Below, piece by piece: positions 28,465-42,095 of a stretch of 64,000 bases of DNA. Location of the stretch: NCBI RefSeq assembly GCF_009914755.1, contig NC_060945.1; one strand, written 5' to 3'. A program made the translations under genes and the position numbers. The notes beneath the pieces are model-generated. The model searched no databases. It was given only the letters and a program-made list of their open reading frames with translations, and had not been told where the DNA came from. Every line of letters begins with the position of its first letter. Position 1 is the first letter of the stretch. Source of the DNA: the human T2T-CHM13v2.0 reference genome, Homo sapiens.

Positions 28465-28690
28465 AGCAGAATAGTAAACAAAAGCTTCATTTCTGGAATT
28501 AGATTGCCTGGATTTTGTTATAGTTTTCCCACTTACTATCTGAGTAACTTTGAGCTCGTCCCTTCCATTGGTTTCTTCATCCCTTATAAGGGAAAATAGA
28601 ACCAACCTTGTAGAGTTGTTGTCAGAATTTAAGTAATACGGGCAAAGCACACAGAACAGTTTCTAAACCACATTAAACAACAAATGATTA
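28465..28690 (+). mobile_element. MIR SINE
   Basis: ctggaattagattgcctgg...ccacttactatctgagtaactttg...gtttcttcatc...agagttgttgtcagaatttaa. Confidence 0.75.
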
Positions 28691-29707
28691 ACACTTAGGA
28701 ATGACACCTTTAGATAGCTCCATGATTAGTACATAAGAATCATATCAAAAGAGTAGGTGTTACCTTTAAAATATAAAATATGAAAAGTAAACAAGAGAAG
28801 AAGCATAGGTTTTGTGAACAAATCTGTGCTTCTGTAAGAAAGCAGTAAATAGAAGAAAATACATCAGGCTTTGCCATCAAAATTGATACTAAACATTTTA
28901 GCTGTGCAAACTTAGAAAAATAAGCTCTCCTCTCTCAGCTTCACTTCTGACATGTAAGACCAAAAGAATATTTTCTGTATATCAGGACAATGCTTGTTAC
29001 ATCGATTAAGAAAAAAAGTGTCAGTTTTCTAGTTTCTACTTCTTCAGGATGTCTGTAAATTCAAAATGGTTGTCCAGCTCTGTGAAGTTAAAATTTATTC
29101 ACAATTCTATAAACAGATTTGTTTTTTTGCCATGTGTTTCTGCCCAAGACTTTTTAAGTCCTCAGAATGAATCCTGACTTGTTATTGTGGCCACTTTCTA
29201 TGTTGATGTGCGCAGCACACATGTCCACCAAAGTCTTCCTCTGCAGTTAGTTAATTCACTGGGGCACAGGCTACCCACACCAATGGCACAAGGCTACAGA
29301 AATCTAATACATCATCTTCCTTTTCACTGTAGCAGAACATCTCTTTTCACTTTTAACTATATGTGCAAAACCGCATAGAGGGAAAGATTAACAAAAATAT
29401 GCTCTCCATCCACTTTAAACAGCCTAAAAAAATGGCTCTCTGCAACAACATGGACTAATCTGAGAGAACAATTTAAATGTAAACCTTTGTCCTTTCCATT
29501 TGGGTGGATTTGGCAACAGATAACCCAATAATCTGATTTCCATGAAGGGTCCAGAATAAAATTCATATTTTGGCCAGAATAATATTTATGTTTTACACTC
29601 GCAAAATAACAACTGTATATTGGCAATGCAATGGTAAACTAGTTAAAAAGCCCCCTGCTCTGAAGAACTTAAGAATTGAATACTGCGAATCAATTTAAGT
29701 CAAAATA

Positions 29708-29710
<3 letters not shown>

Positions 29711-29744
<34 letters not shown>
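29711..29744. repeat. (GT)17 microsatellite
   Basis: Direct inspection. Confidence 0.97.
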
Positions 29745-29747
<3 letters not shown>

Positions 29748-30019
29748 AATAAAGGAGGTAATATTCCATGTCAAATTCTGTAAGAATGGAAAGAGAAAAC
29801 AGATTGAGAATAGATGAACTTGGCAATCAGAAATTTACAGTAGAATAGAGGAAAATTATAGTAGTATAGTTTGTGAGTAGTGGAGATATTACTATGTTTG
29901 AAATAAAAAAGCATATTTTTAGTAATTTAATAAAATATTTAGTTGATAGTACTTTTATTTTTGATGATAAATATAAATGCATTGTTTTATATTTTGTGAA
30001 AACACACATGGAAGATATT

Positions 30020-30880
30020 ACCCAGGTGTGCTGAATGTTTCCCATTCCTCCCTCCTTACATCCCTGTTGACCTCCAGGAGGCTATCCAGGAAGCTGATCT
30101 CAATAAACTGCATATGCATACAGAGTTTTCATGACCTTTGGCCTCTAGGTGGCTTTGACTACAGGAGGTACTCATGAATCACAGGGTGTTATGGACTGAA
30201 TTGTGTCCACATAAATGTGTATGTTGAAGACCTATCTCACATTTCCTCAGAATGGGACTATATTTGGAGATGGAGCTTTTAAAGACAGCAGTACATTCAT
30301 TAAAATGTGGCCTTTGGAGTGGACCTTAATCCAATATAATTGGTAGCCTTTGTTTAAATAAAAAAGATTAGGACATGCAGGGGGAAAAACCAAGAATGTT
30401 CCTGTACAGAGAAAAGACTAAGATGAAGACAAAGTGAGAAGGTGACATCTGCAAGCCAAACAGAGAGCCACAGAAAAAGCCAAACCAGGCAACATCTTGA
30501 TTCCAGATCAAGCCTCTAGCACTGTGAGAAAATCAGTTGTTGTTGTCAAAGCCCCTGATCTGTAGTAATTTGTATGGCAATCCTAGGAAACTAATATGGA
30601 GATCAACATATTTTTTCCCAATCCCCCAACTCTCCCTCCATGCAGGTTGCAGTTTGGCAGTGGCTGAAGTCCAGAGCCACAGCTTCTGTTGGGCAGCCCT
30701 CTCCCACAGACACAGTTCTCATTAGGTGGTTTCCTTTATGAAAGCAAAAAGTGTCTGCTGTCTTCTGTTGGCTTTTCTGTCTAATAACTCTGTCTATTAG
30801 TGTCTTTCTTCTCTGTGTAAGCTTTTATATTGTCTCTTCCTTAAATTCTCTGCAACTGTCCCTTTGAAACATGTGATTAG
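30020..30880 (+). mobile_element. Old ERVL LTR (LTR33-like), split by MLT1B
   Basis: ccaggaagctgatctcaataaactgcat...; second half ctccctccatgcaggttgc...cttccttaaattctctgcaactgtccctttga. Confidence 0.6.
30187..30598 (+). mobile_element. MaLR LTR MLT1B-like
   Basis: tgttatggactgaattgtgtcc...tatttggagat...ccttaatccaatat...ggcaatcctaggaaactaata. Confidence 0.88.
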
Positions 30881-31160
<280 letters not shown>

Positions 31161-31497
31161 AGATGCCCATTAATGAGGAAAATCAAGGATGTGTTTTCAG
31201 GGCATAGTGTTATGTTATGATAAAGTGACTTGGATTCATTATATATTATATATTATATGTTATATAATAATGCATTATTTGTCATATTCTATACACCATA
31301 TCTTATATGTTATATGCAATATATTGTATATTTTCCATTATATCACTGCCAGTGGTGGATACATTTTGATGTTTGTAATATAAAGTCAGATGATCAAGTC
31401 ATTAGAGAGGTACATCTTTTTCTGTACATCAGAGGTATTTATTCACATACTGGAGATATTCAGTTGAATGAATAGATTTCTTTATTCTATGAGTTGT

Positions 31498-31877
31498 TGT
31501 TATGGTTTGGCTACATCCCCACCTAACTCTCATCTTGAATTGTAGTTCCCATAATGCCCACATATCCTGGGAGGGACCTGGTGGGAGGTAATTTAATCAT
31601 GGGGGCAGTTACCCCTATGCTATTCTCTTAACAGTAAGTTCTCACAAGATTTCATGAGGTCTGATGGTTTTATAAGGGGCTTTCCCGTTCACTTGGCTCT
31701 CATTCTTCTTCCTGCCACCCTGTGAAGAAGGATGTATTTGCTTCCCCTTCCACCATGATTGTAAGTTTCTTGAGGCTTCCCCAGCCATGCTTACTGTGAC
31801 TCAATTCAACTTATTTTCTTTATAAATTACCCAGTCTTGGGTATGTCCTTATAGCAGAATGAGAATGGACTAATACA
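31498..31877 (+). mobile_element. MaLR solo LTR THE1C/D-like
   Basis: tgttatggtttggct...ggactaataca; exact 5-bp TSD gttgt (31493-31497, 31878-31882). Confidence 0.93.
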
Positions 31878-32638
31878 GTTGTCTAACAAAGTATATTTGT
31901 GACATATAAATTCTCAAAAAAATAGACACAATGGAACAGAATACATGGATTCATTAAGTCTCCTTAAAACCTCAGCTTGAACCCAGAGGTTCAAGAAAAT
32001 AGGGCTCTTTTTTACTATTAGAAGGAAATCAGTTTTGTCATACCAGTTTCTAACTCTCAATAGAAGATGTACAGTAATTTTCTTTTATTCGATTTAAAAC
32101 CCAACTCCTAGAAATATGGCCCAATTGATGTTTTTGAACATGAATCTACCCTTGCTTCTCCTCTTTGGGGGTCTGTCTCCATTTGTCCTGCATAATCCTT
32201 ATGAGTGATTGGAGCAAGAAGAAGGAAAATATCTGTGCTTCCCCTAGAGTTAGTATGATTATTACTTCACCACTCATAGCACACTTACCATATGCTGAGC
32301 TCTGGGAACAACTTGGGGAAGCAAAAGGAAAAAGAAAACACACACATCTTTGGGTTTAAGAAGAAAGCCAGCAAACAAAACAACAAAGCAAAAAAAACAA
32401 AACACATTAATGACATAAAATTGCACATCCCAGGTGGATGTTGGTGAGGGAGGAGCAAATATTCTCTGATCAAGATACTAATGATTGCACTAGAGGTTCA
32501 AATAGCATCCTTCCAGGTGGAGAAAAACTGAGTTGGGTTATGCATAGAAATCTTGTCAGGCAAGTATTTAAAATGTGGAGGGTTGTCCACAGGCAGGCAT
32601 TCCTAAGTACTATATTAAGGTAAAAAGGTAGGACTCTA

Positions 32639-32941
<303 letters not shown>

Positions 32942-35459
32942 TCATCATGAAGGGGAAGATCCTGACAGACCCTCATCCTCACAGGAAACTAAAGTACTAT
33001 TTTAGTTACTGGAAGAGTTATTCCAGATAGCACCCAGAAGACTGGGGACAGGAGGTAAGAAAACTTTGCCTTCTCAGTACAAGATTAGGGGATCCAAGTA
33101 CGAGAGTGGAAGCTGCAGCAGGGCTGAACTGAAGCTGATGAGACAGAATATTCACCATTTGCTTTTCCACTATTGCATTGCATTTTAAGCATACTGGTCA
33201 TCCCGGGAGATATGTATCAGGGTGATAGAAGGGAAGATGCAATAATGTCCTGCCTGAAATGGGGAAATATGAGTGGTTTAACCACTTATTGCTTTAAGCC
33301 TCACATTGACTGGGAACTGAGACAGGCCTGAGCTTGACAGATAAAGAAGCCAATGCACGTAGGGGGAGTGGAGGAGACCGAGGCTGGACAGACACTTGGC
33401 ACTGGTAGGTGATAAGATGATGTGGAACAAAAGTCCTCCTCTCAAAGTCATTTTCAGACTCCAGCTATCATCATTCATCCAAGAATCATTCCATATTTCA
33501 GGGATTCATAGAATTTATAGCAAAGGCCTTCAGTCGCCTAGGAATGTTTAAATTTTGTAGCAGTATGTTTTTTGAGTATGCTTACACTGACTTAGTTTGG
33601 CCAATTGTGTTGTGTAGTGTAAACAATCAAACAAATGACATGGTGGGATTTCTGAGCAGCACTGTCTGGTATCTTGCTGATGGTGTCTTTAATAATAGAT
33701 GGCACTTGATTTTAGATATAAATACATGAAAATAGTTTGAATGTTGATATTGTTTACTTTGACTTTATGTTGCTGCAGGTTTACAAATCTGAGAAAAAAA
33801 ATATTTCTGGAAAACATAGGAACTGCATTTTGTTTTCTGTTGCTGCATGATACTGAATAAAGAATGACAGCAATCCATGATGGGAGCAGGTTTCAGCACA
33901 TCAAATCATCATCCTACCGACTGTCCAGGAACAGTTATTGGATGTTTTCCTGGGATGTCAATAATTTTGAGTGATTCATAAACCATATAAATTAGGTTTC
34001 AAAATAATTACACTTGTGTGTACAAAGTTTGCCTTCCTACTGGCGGGTATCACATTCCAAATTGTAACAAATCAAATAGTGTCACAAACATACAAATCAA
34101 CCTATAAATAATATATGAAAAGCCATAAATAATAAATACCTTCTTATCGTATCTCAAGTTAACACCAAACTCAGTTTCTTCTGTGAAATTTGTAATTTAT
34201 ATTTCAGTAAAAATCACTGTTTCCTCAGTATTTTATAAAAATCGATCTGTCATATCTTGTGTGTCTTAGACCTCAGCCAGGCTCCATAAAATGAAAACAA
34301 AGTTAAACAACTTCACAAGAGACAGAAATGGCCTTTTAAGATTCATAGGAGTGTGCCTTCTTGTCTAATCTGAGCAGCCATCATGGCAAGATTGATGTAC
34401 ATTGGCTGAGAAGCGTTTCGTGAGGCGGCTGTCTGCTCAGTAGTACCAGAATGGAGCTATCTGTCTTCATTGTACCCCATTAACATGCCCCTCAGATCTA
34501 TCAGGCAAATGTCTGCATACCTACTTTATAAATTATTACAAGCGACAGTTAAATATTTCAGAACTTGTTTGGGGATATCACTCACCTTATAGTTTTTAAT
34601 TTATACACACTCATGATTTTAAACATTTTAAGTTCAAGGATTACTTGGAACTACTTTTATATTTTCACTTTACATGAGCTTATTCTGCTGATAGTAATCC
34701 ATCCAGTTTTGAAAAGTGCGGTCAGTGTATTGAAGTAAATTTTAAAAATTCAAATTATTCACTAACAAACAGCACATTTTCTTTAACAATTAAGTAGCCA
34801 AGATTTCATAGCAATATAATAAAAAAAAATGTTATTCGTTTTCCTTTTAATGCAAAATAATTCTGAACTAAAAAGAATGCATTCAAATCATGTTTATCTG
34901 AAACTTTTGCTTTTTAAATTACTTTTATTTACTCACTTAAATTTTATTAGCCTACTGACACACAATATTTCAATTTGTAGTAATAATGCTTTAAAAGCCC
35001 AAGGTTTTACTTTAATAATTTTAGTGTGTTAATTTTTAAGAACTCAAATTGTTAAGTATTATTCATAGAACAATTATTCCAATGTTCTCCTGAACTATAA
35101 AGCTACTGTACACGAGAGTGAATTGGTTATAGAAATGGAGACAGGGAGCAGATTTTTTTCAATGTAATTAAAATAAATTTGAACTGAATAAAGTTCAATG
35201 TATTTCAGATTTAATAGGCATTGTATTTACTAATAAAAAAATTGCATGCTTGAACTTACTTAACCTTGGAGAGTAGAGGTAGCTTTTCATTAATCTCCTT
35301 TTTTAAAGTTGGATGAGGTTATGTAACTGAAATAGACATTAAAATTGAAGAGACATTCTTCATGGATTACAGAACAGTATTTGGAAGGAAACCAAATCAT
35401 TAAAATATCACCAATAAATAATTAAATTTGCTTATTACATTGAAAGGACAGAACTAGAA

Positions 35460-35660
35460 TAAAATTTATTGAGGCTACTGTGAGCCAAAGGCTTTATATA
35501 AATTATTATGTTATATCTTCATAATACTCTTTTGTGGTAGATATTTTCTCATATATTAAAGTTGGAAAAACAGGTTTAGGGAAGTTAAGTCAATTTCAAA
35601 AATACCAAATGAGTAAGAAGTACAAATCAGGATCTTATCTAGTTCTGTCTGACTCCAGTG
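35460..35660 (-). mobile_element. MIR SINE
   Basis: atttattgaggctactgtgagcca...aaaacaggtttagggaagttaagt...tctgtctgactccag. Confidence 0.7.
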
Positions 35661-35748
35661 GCAGTGATGTGTGCATTACATATTTGCGTGTGTGTGTCAA
35701 AAGAAGAGCAAAGGAGACTTTAGAAGAGATGCTGATTAAAGAAGATCA

Positions 35749-36156
<408 letters not shown>

Positions 36157-36587
36157 TCAACCAAAAATATGTTATTTATACCCGTTTGTACTTTCTCCAT
36201 CCTGCCTCTTTTTACTACTTCCTCCCACTCCTAACAACAGCTGATCTGCTTTCTGTCACTATAAGATTAGTTAGTATTTTGTATAAATGGACTGATTACA
36301 GGAGCCACCTTTTTTTCTGACTTTTTTCATTTAGGGTAATTATTTTGAGATTAATCCATGTAGCTACAGGTATCAAAAATCTGTTCCTTTGTATTGTTGA
36401 GTAGTATTCCATTGTAAGGATATACTGTAATTTGTTTGTTTATACACTTAATGGACATTTGGATTTTACTAGTTCCTGGTTATTGCAAAGAGAGCTTCAT
36501 CCTTTTCCAGTGTTCATATGAACCTACACTTTTTCTCCTATTCATGCAACTCATAGCACCTATCATATGCTATGTGAATGTTTATGT

Positions 36588-36767
36588 GTGTATATATAAA
36601 AACATATATATACACACATATAAACATATATACACATATATAAACATATATACATATATAAACATATATACACACACATATAAACATATATATACACATA
36701 TATAAACATATATAAACATATATATATACACATATATAAACATATATATACACACATATATATATAT
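36588..36767. repeat. Compound (TA/CA) minisatellite, unit about TATAAACATATATACACA
   Basis: About 8 imperfect copies of tataaacatatata(ca)n. Confidence 0.92.
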
Positions 36768-37431
36768 TTGATTAAACTCTTTTTGGAGTAGTTGTACCAT
36801 TTTACACTCGCATCAGCAGTATATGAGAGTTCTAGTTCAACCACATCCTTGTCAACACTTTGTATTTTTTCTTAATTTTCTTTTTGAAAAAAATCTAGCC
36901 TTCTAATAAATGTGCATTGACATACTATTACAGATTTGCTTTGTATTTCCCTAAAGACTAATGATTTCCAGCCTCTTTTAATAAATTTATTTGCCATTCG
37001 TATATCCTTTTTTATGAAGAGCCTCTTCATATCTTGAGCACAGTTTTAAAATTTGAGTTTTTTTCTTATTATTGTATTTTACAAGTGCATCATATATCTT
37101 AAATAAAATCCTTTACCGCATACAAGATTTACAAATATTTTTTCTAATATCTGGCTTAAATTTTTATTTTATTTCTAATGTCTTCCAAAAATTAGAAGTT
37201 CTTCAATTCGATAAAGCACATTTTATCAATTCATTTATTTTTTAAATAAATTATGATTTTGTTGTCTTATTTAGGAAAACTTTGCCTATTTCATGGTCAC
37301 ACAGATGTTCTCTTAAGGTTTCTTCTAGAAGATTCTGTTTTAGATTTTAACTTTAGGTCTATGGTGCATAGTAAGGATAAAGATACCATGCATATTTCCT
37401 TTTTTTAAAAAAAATGGACATTAATTATTGG

Positions 37432-37731
37432 TTTTGTTTGTTTGTGTTTTGAGACAGAGTCTCAGTTTGTTGCCCAGACTGGAGTACAGTGGCGTGAACA
37501 CAGCTCACTGCAGCCTTGAACTTCTGGGCTCAAGTGATCCTCCCACGTCAGCCTCCCCAAGTAGCTGGGACTACAGGTATGGATCATCACGCTCATCTAA
37601 TTTTTGTATTTTTTGTAGAGACTAGATTTTGCTATGTTGCCTAGGTTGGTCTCAAACTCTTGGGCTCAAGTGATCAGCCCACCTACGCCTCCCAAAGTGC
37701 TGGAATTACAGCCTGAGCCACCGTGTCGGCC
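37432..37731 (-). mobile_element. AluJ
   Basis: cttctgggctcaagtgatcctccc; TSD attaattatt/attaattgtt. Confidence 0.94.
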
Positions 37732-37748
37732 ATTAATTGTTTTACCAC

Positions 37749-38142
37749 TGTGATAATCAGCCTTATGTGTAAAGCTGATTAAGCTATAGTTCCTAATTAT
37801 TCAATCTAACATCTAAGTTTTGTTCAAAGACGTTTCTGTAGATATTATTAAGTGAGGAAGATGATTCTAGATAATCATGGTGGGCCTGAATCAGTCAGTT
37901 GAAAAGCCTTAAGAGAAGGCGGGAGTTTTCCCTGAGGAGGAAGCCATTCTGCCCATGGACTGCAACCTCAGCTCATGTCTAGAATACGTGAAGTGTTTCA
38001 GCTTGCCCTCCCTGACAGCCTTCCCTATGCCAATGCCTTGCGATAAATCTCTGTCCTCTCTCTCTCTCCTTCGCTCCCACCTTCTCTCTCCCACTTACTT
38101 ACCCTACTGGTTCTGTTCTCTGGTGGAACACTGACTGATGCT
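37749..38142 (+). mobile_element. ERVL LTR (MLT2E/F-like)
   Basis: tgtgataatcagccttatgtgt...cagtcagttgaaaagccttaagag...ctactggttctgttctctggtggaacactgactga; TSD accac. Confidence 0.78.
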
Positions 38143-38182
38143 ACCACCGTTTCCTGAAAAAGATTATTTCTTTTCTCCGTAA

Positions 38183-38536
<354 letters not shown>

Positions 38537-39768
38537 GTCCATTACTAGACTCTTATCTGTTCTATTAATTTGTTGGACTATCCACCACTACCTACCATGC
38601 TGTCTTGACTACTGCATTTTTATCATATATATTGGAATCAGATAGCATAAATTTTCATGGGAGAGAAGCTGAGATAATTGGTTTGAATCTTTTTGTTCTT
38701 TTCTAATATTGATTTTCATTGTTAAAAATACACCTGAAAATACTGACTTAACTGAATCTCACAAATATATACATTTCAGAAATATATATTACATATTTAA
38801 AAATTAGATAAGTTTGGTTGATAATAATGCTCATTTCTACCACATTGCTACTAGTTTTCTATATGTATAATGTTTATTATTCTCCCTTTTCTCGTTTCCT
38901 AGGAAATAAAAACATAAATTTAGAACTCTTTATCCAACACAAGTTTTTAAAAAAATGAATGTGTTGTAAAACCGATGTAATGACTTAAGATTTAAGTCTT
39001 TATAAAGACTATCAAACATATATAGATTGGAAAGAGTCATCACTTGCAGAGCAACACTATAAGAAATGGTAATAAAAAAGCTTTAGGCAGGAAAATAATA
39101 CCAGATAAAATGCTTTAAAAATGGCAAACACATAAGCATATAAAATATCTTTTTATTTTTGTTTATTCAAAAGATAACTGGATGCTAAAAAATAATGACA
39201 ATGTATTCTTGACACACCAAAATAAAAATTGTGTCATAAGAAAAGAAATCAGCTTTGACCATCTACCATACCCAGAGAACAAAATAAAACATGACTGTGT
39301 GAGTTAAATAAGACCTTTTCTGCTTCACACCTATCCCCACTTCCAAAACTCCCTGGAGCGTGTTGTTGTTTTTGTTTGTTTATTTGTTTTAAGAATGTCC
39401 AAAATACACAAAATCTATCAGAAATTTAATCAAGTGACAAGGAAGAAATAAAATGAGTACAAGTCCTTAGTGGGAAATTTTAAAAGTTGTTTGTGAATGT
39501 ATCCTATCAAGAAGAATCAATTCAACACAATGATTTTGTGGATTTTGGAATGTTTAATAAAACTATATACCAAAGCATTAAAAATGATGTATTAATGGAG
39601 CAAAATGAAGGTTATTTTTTCTATTTTACTTTATATATTTGTGTACTCTTTGGGGTATTTTTAAAAACATTTATTACCATTAGAATCAAAATTAAAGATA
39701 TTTCAATTATTTAAAGTTATAAAATTGTATTTAACTTTTTTTGTCATTATCTGATGGTGATCTAAAAG

Positions 39769-39953
39769 CAGTGCTTCTCAAAATTGTATGCATTAGAATC
39801 ACCTGGGGAGTTTTCTAAAGCAAAATGTGCTGTACCCCATTCCCAGAGTTTCTGGTTTCAGTAGAATACGGGATGGAACCTGAATACATCCAATTTTAAG
39901 ATGTCATCAGATCATGTTCATGTTCATTTAAGAATCATACTTTATGAACCAGA
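39769..39953. mobile_element. MER5A (hAT-Charlie MITE)
   Basis: cagtgcttctcaaa...gcattagaatcacctgggga...cccagagtttctg...actttatgaacca. Confidence 0.85.
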
Positions 39954-40032
39954 GGACTGCAGTATACATTTGATGTGTCCTTTGTCAAGAAAGTATCAAG
40001 GATGTTGATCAAGTTATACATATCTAAGCATA

Positions 40033-40237
40033 TAATTGTCCTTCAGCACACACAGGGGATTGGTTCCAGGACCCCTGCCTATATTCAAATCCACACATAC
40101 TCAAGTGCCACAAAAAGCCCTCTACATATGCAGGTTTGGCTTCTCGTGAATACTATTCATTCAATGTTTGGTTGAAAAAAAATTCATGTATAAGTGGATC
40201 CACACAGTTTAAACCCATATTGTTCAAGAGTCAACCA
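40033..40237 (+). mobile_element. MER8 (Tigger MITE)
   Basis: ggggattggttccaggacccc...gtataagtggatccacacagtttaaaccc...gttcaagagtcaac. Confidence 0.85.
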
Positions 40238-40262
40238 TATCTCAATTTTGTTATTGTACAAG

Positions 40263-40828
40263 TGTTAACAGAAGTTCTCTGAGAAGGAATATGGAGAAAC
40301 AAGACTTTAATCCAGTGAATAGTTTGGAAACCTGGGAGATGCAGCTATTGGTGGAAAATGAAGCTAACAGTCTAGAGAACAAAGACAGGGTTTGGTTTTA
40401 TGTTAAAAGTTCTCAGGCAGGTTCCCAATCTGTTCCATTTATGCAAATGAAGAATTCAAACTTGCTTAGTTCGGATTTTGACACAGCTGAGTCCTGATTG
40501 GTTGATACAGTTGAGTTCTGAGTGGGTCTGTCTAGGCAGATGTGCTCTGACTGATTGGTTCAGGTGAGCTCTGATTGGTTGGTTTCCAAGTCCAAAAACA
40601 GATTTCTCTGCCAGATGTTTTCTTCAGATGACAGGTGATATGGGATTCCAGCAGCAGCTTATCTTGGCACTAAACACAGAAACTTGTTTGGCTTAATTGT
40701 AGGAAGTGAGGTCCTGTGATACTTTACATCTTTTTAATCTTTCTGAGGACACAGAGTATGTGACTGCTCCCTCAGTCAGCCATGGGGATTTTGTCTGTTG
40801 GCCAGGGTACTTGGGGCAGATTTTAACA
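40263..40828 (-). mobile_element. ERV1-class solo LTR (subfamily unassigned)
   Basis: Inverted termini tgttaa...ttaaca; 4-bp TSD caag/taag; three CCAATC boxes and ATTAAA on the minus strand. Confidence 0.75.
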
Positions 40829-40909
40829 TAAGTGAAATAATTTGGCTGAGCATATTAACCTTGAGTATAATCTCCTGTCAGTACTCTCATAACATTTATT
40901 TTTTTAAAG

Positions 40910-41500
40910 ATTGCCATTGTTTGAACTAGTGCACTTTTTTTTTTAACTCTTTCCCTGGTAGAAGTTCTGATATCCCTTGATAATTCTCATTCCCGGTGCT
41001 ATGGACGGGTCTGATTCCACCTTAATGAATGAGAATGTGCTTCTCAGTCTGAGCCAATCCAGTAGTGTGCCATCAAGCCAAGTGCATTTGGTTCATGAGC
41101 TGAAAAATTATCCAATCCAGACCCATTAAAGTAGTGATAAACAAATCCAGGACTTCTGAAGCTTTCTGATTATGGTATCAAAAATTCAAGATGAAATCCA
41201 AATAGCCCTGACAGCCATGTTTCATCATGTAGAGATTACTGAGAATGAAACCACAATAAAGAAGGTAGAAGGGAAAAGACAAAGTTGTGTGTATGTGTTG
41301 AGGGGGTGGGGAGTGTGTTGTATGCTTCAGATGCAGCAATTATTAAAATACCCTAGTTTTTACTCAGAAATTTAAATCATATGACTAACTAGAGCATCTC
41401 TCTCCTTCTCCCTCAACCTTTATTTATATTTATTTTATTTTCTATGTAGTTATTTAAAACAGGATTTTTATCACTTTCAGTGAAGTATTCTAGAGAATAC
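40910..41500 (+). mobile_element. Old MaLR LTR (MLT1K/L-like)
   Basis: cagtctgagccaatc...ttggttcatgagctg...acagccatgtttcatcatg...ggatttttatcactttca. Confidence 0.55.
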
Positions 41501-41801
41501 GGATTGATTCTGGTTTGTATCATTTGAAATATTAATCTGTTTCTTATTGAAGTCTTTAAGAAATATGCATTTTAGGAAGGACATTTTAACAAATATTATA
41601 CTAAGTATTATGTCTACTTAAGAAATATTTTTATGCTGCATTATTTTACAGCTCAGTAGATATTTTTCCCTATTTTACTATTCTTATTTTTTTCCAGGAT
41701 ATTTCTTATGTAATTTCTGTGGCACTTACATACTATTTATTTTCTTGTTTTCATATATTTCATATTCTCATTGTTTTAAGTATTACCATATTGTTTTCTT
41801 T

Positions 41802-42095
41802 CTTTTTTGTGTGTGTGACGGGGTCTCACTCTGTTGCCCAGGCTGGAGAGCAGTGGCACGATCTTGGCTCACTGCAACCTCTGCCTCCGGGTTCAAGCAA
41901 TTCTCCTGCCTCAGCCTCCCAAGTAGCTGGGATTACAGGCATCTGCCACCAAGTCCAGCTAATTTTTGTATTTTTAGTAGAGATGGGGTTTCACCATGTT
42001 GACCAGGCTGGTCTCAAACTCCTGACTGCAAGTGATACGCCCACCTCGGCCTCCCAAAGTGCTGGGATTACAGGCGTGAGCCACCACACCCGGCC
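41802..42095 (-). mobile_element. AluSx/Sz-like
   Basis: Exact 19-bp TSD ttaccatattgttttcttt (41783-41801, 42096-42114). Confidence 0.97.

Noticed and set aside
29170-29380. Possible coding exon in unique sequence
   Set aside because: No recognisable peptide in the frames I read and no convincing splice-site pair.
36436-36844. Overlapping Y/I/C/V-rich ORFs (also 58096-58539)
   Set aside because: Stop-free by-product of RY microsatellites.
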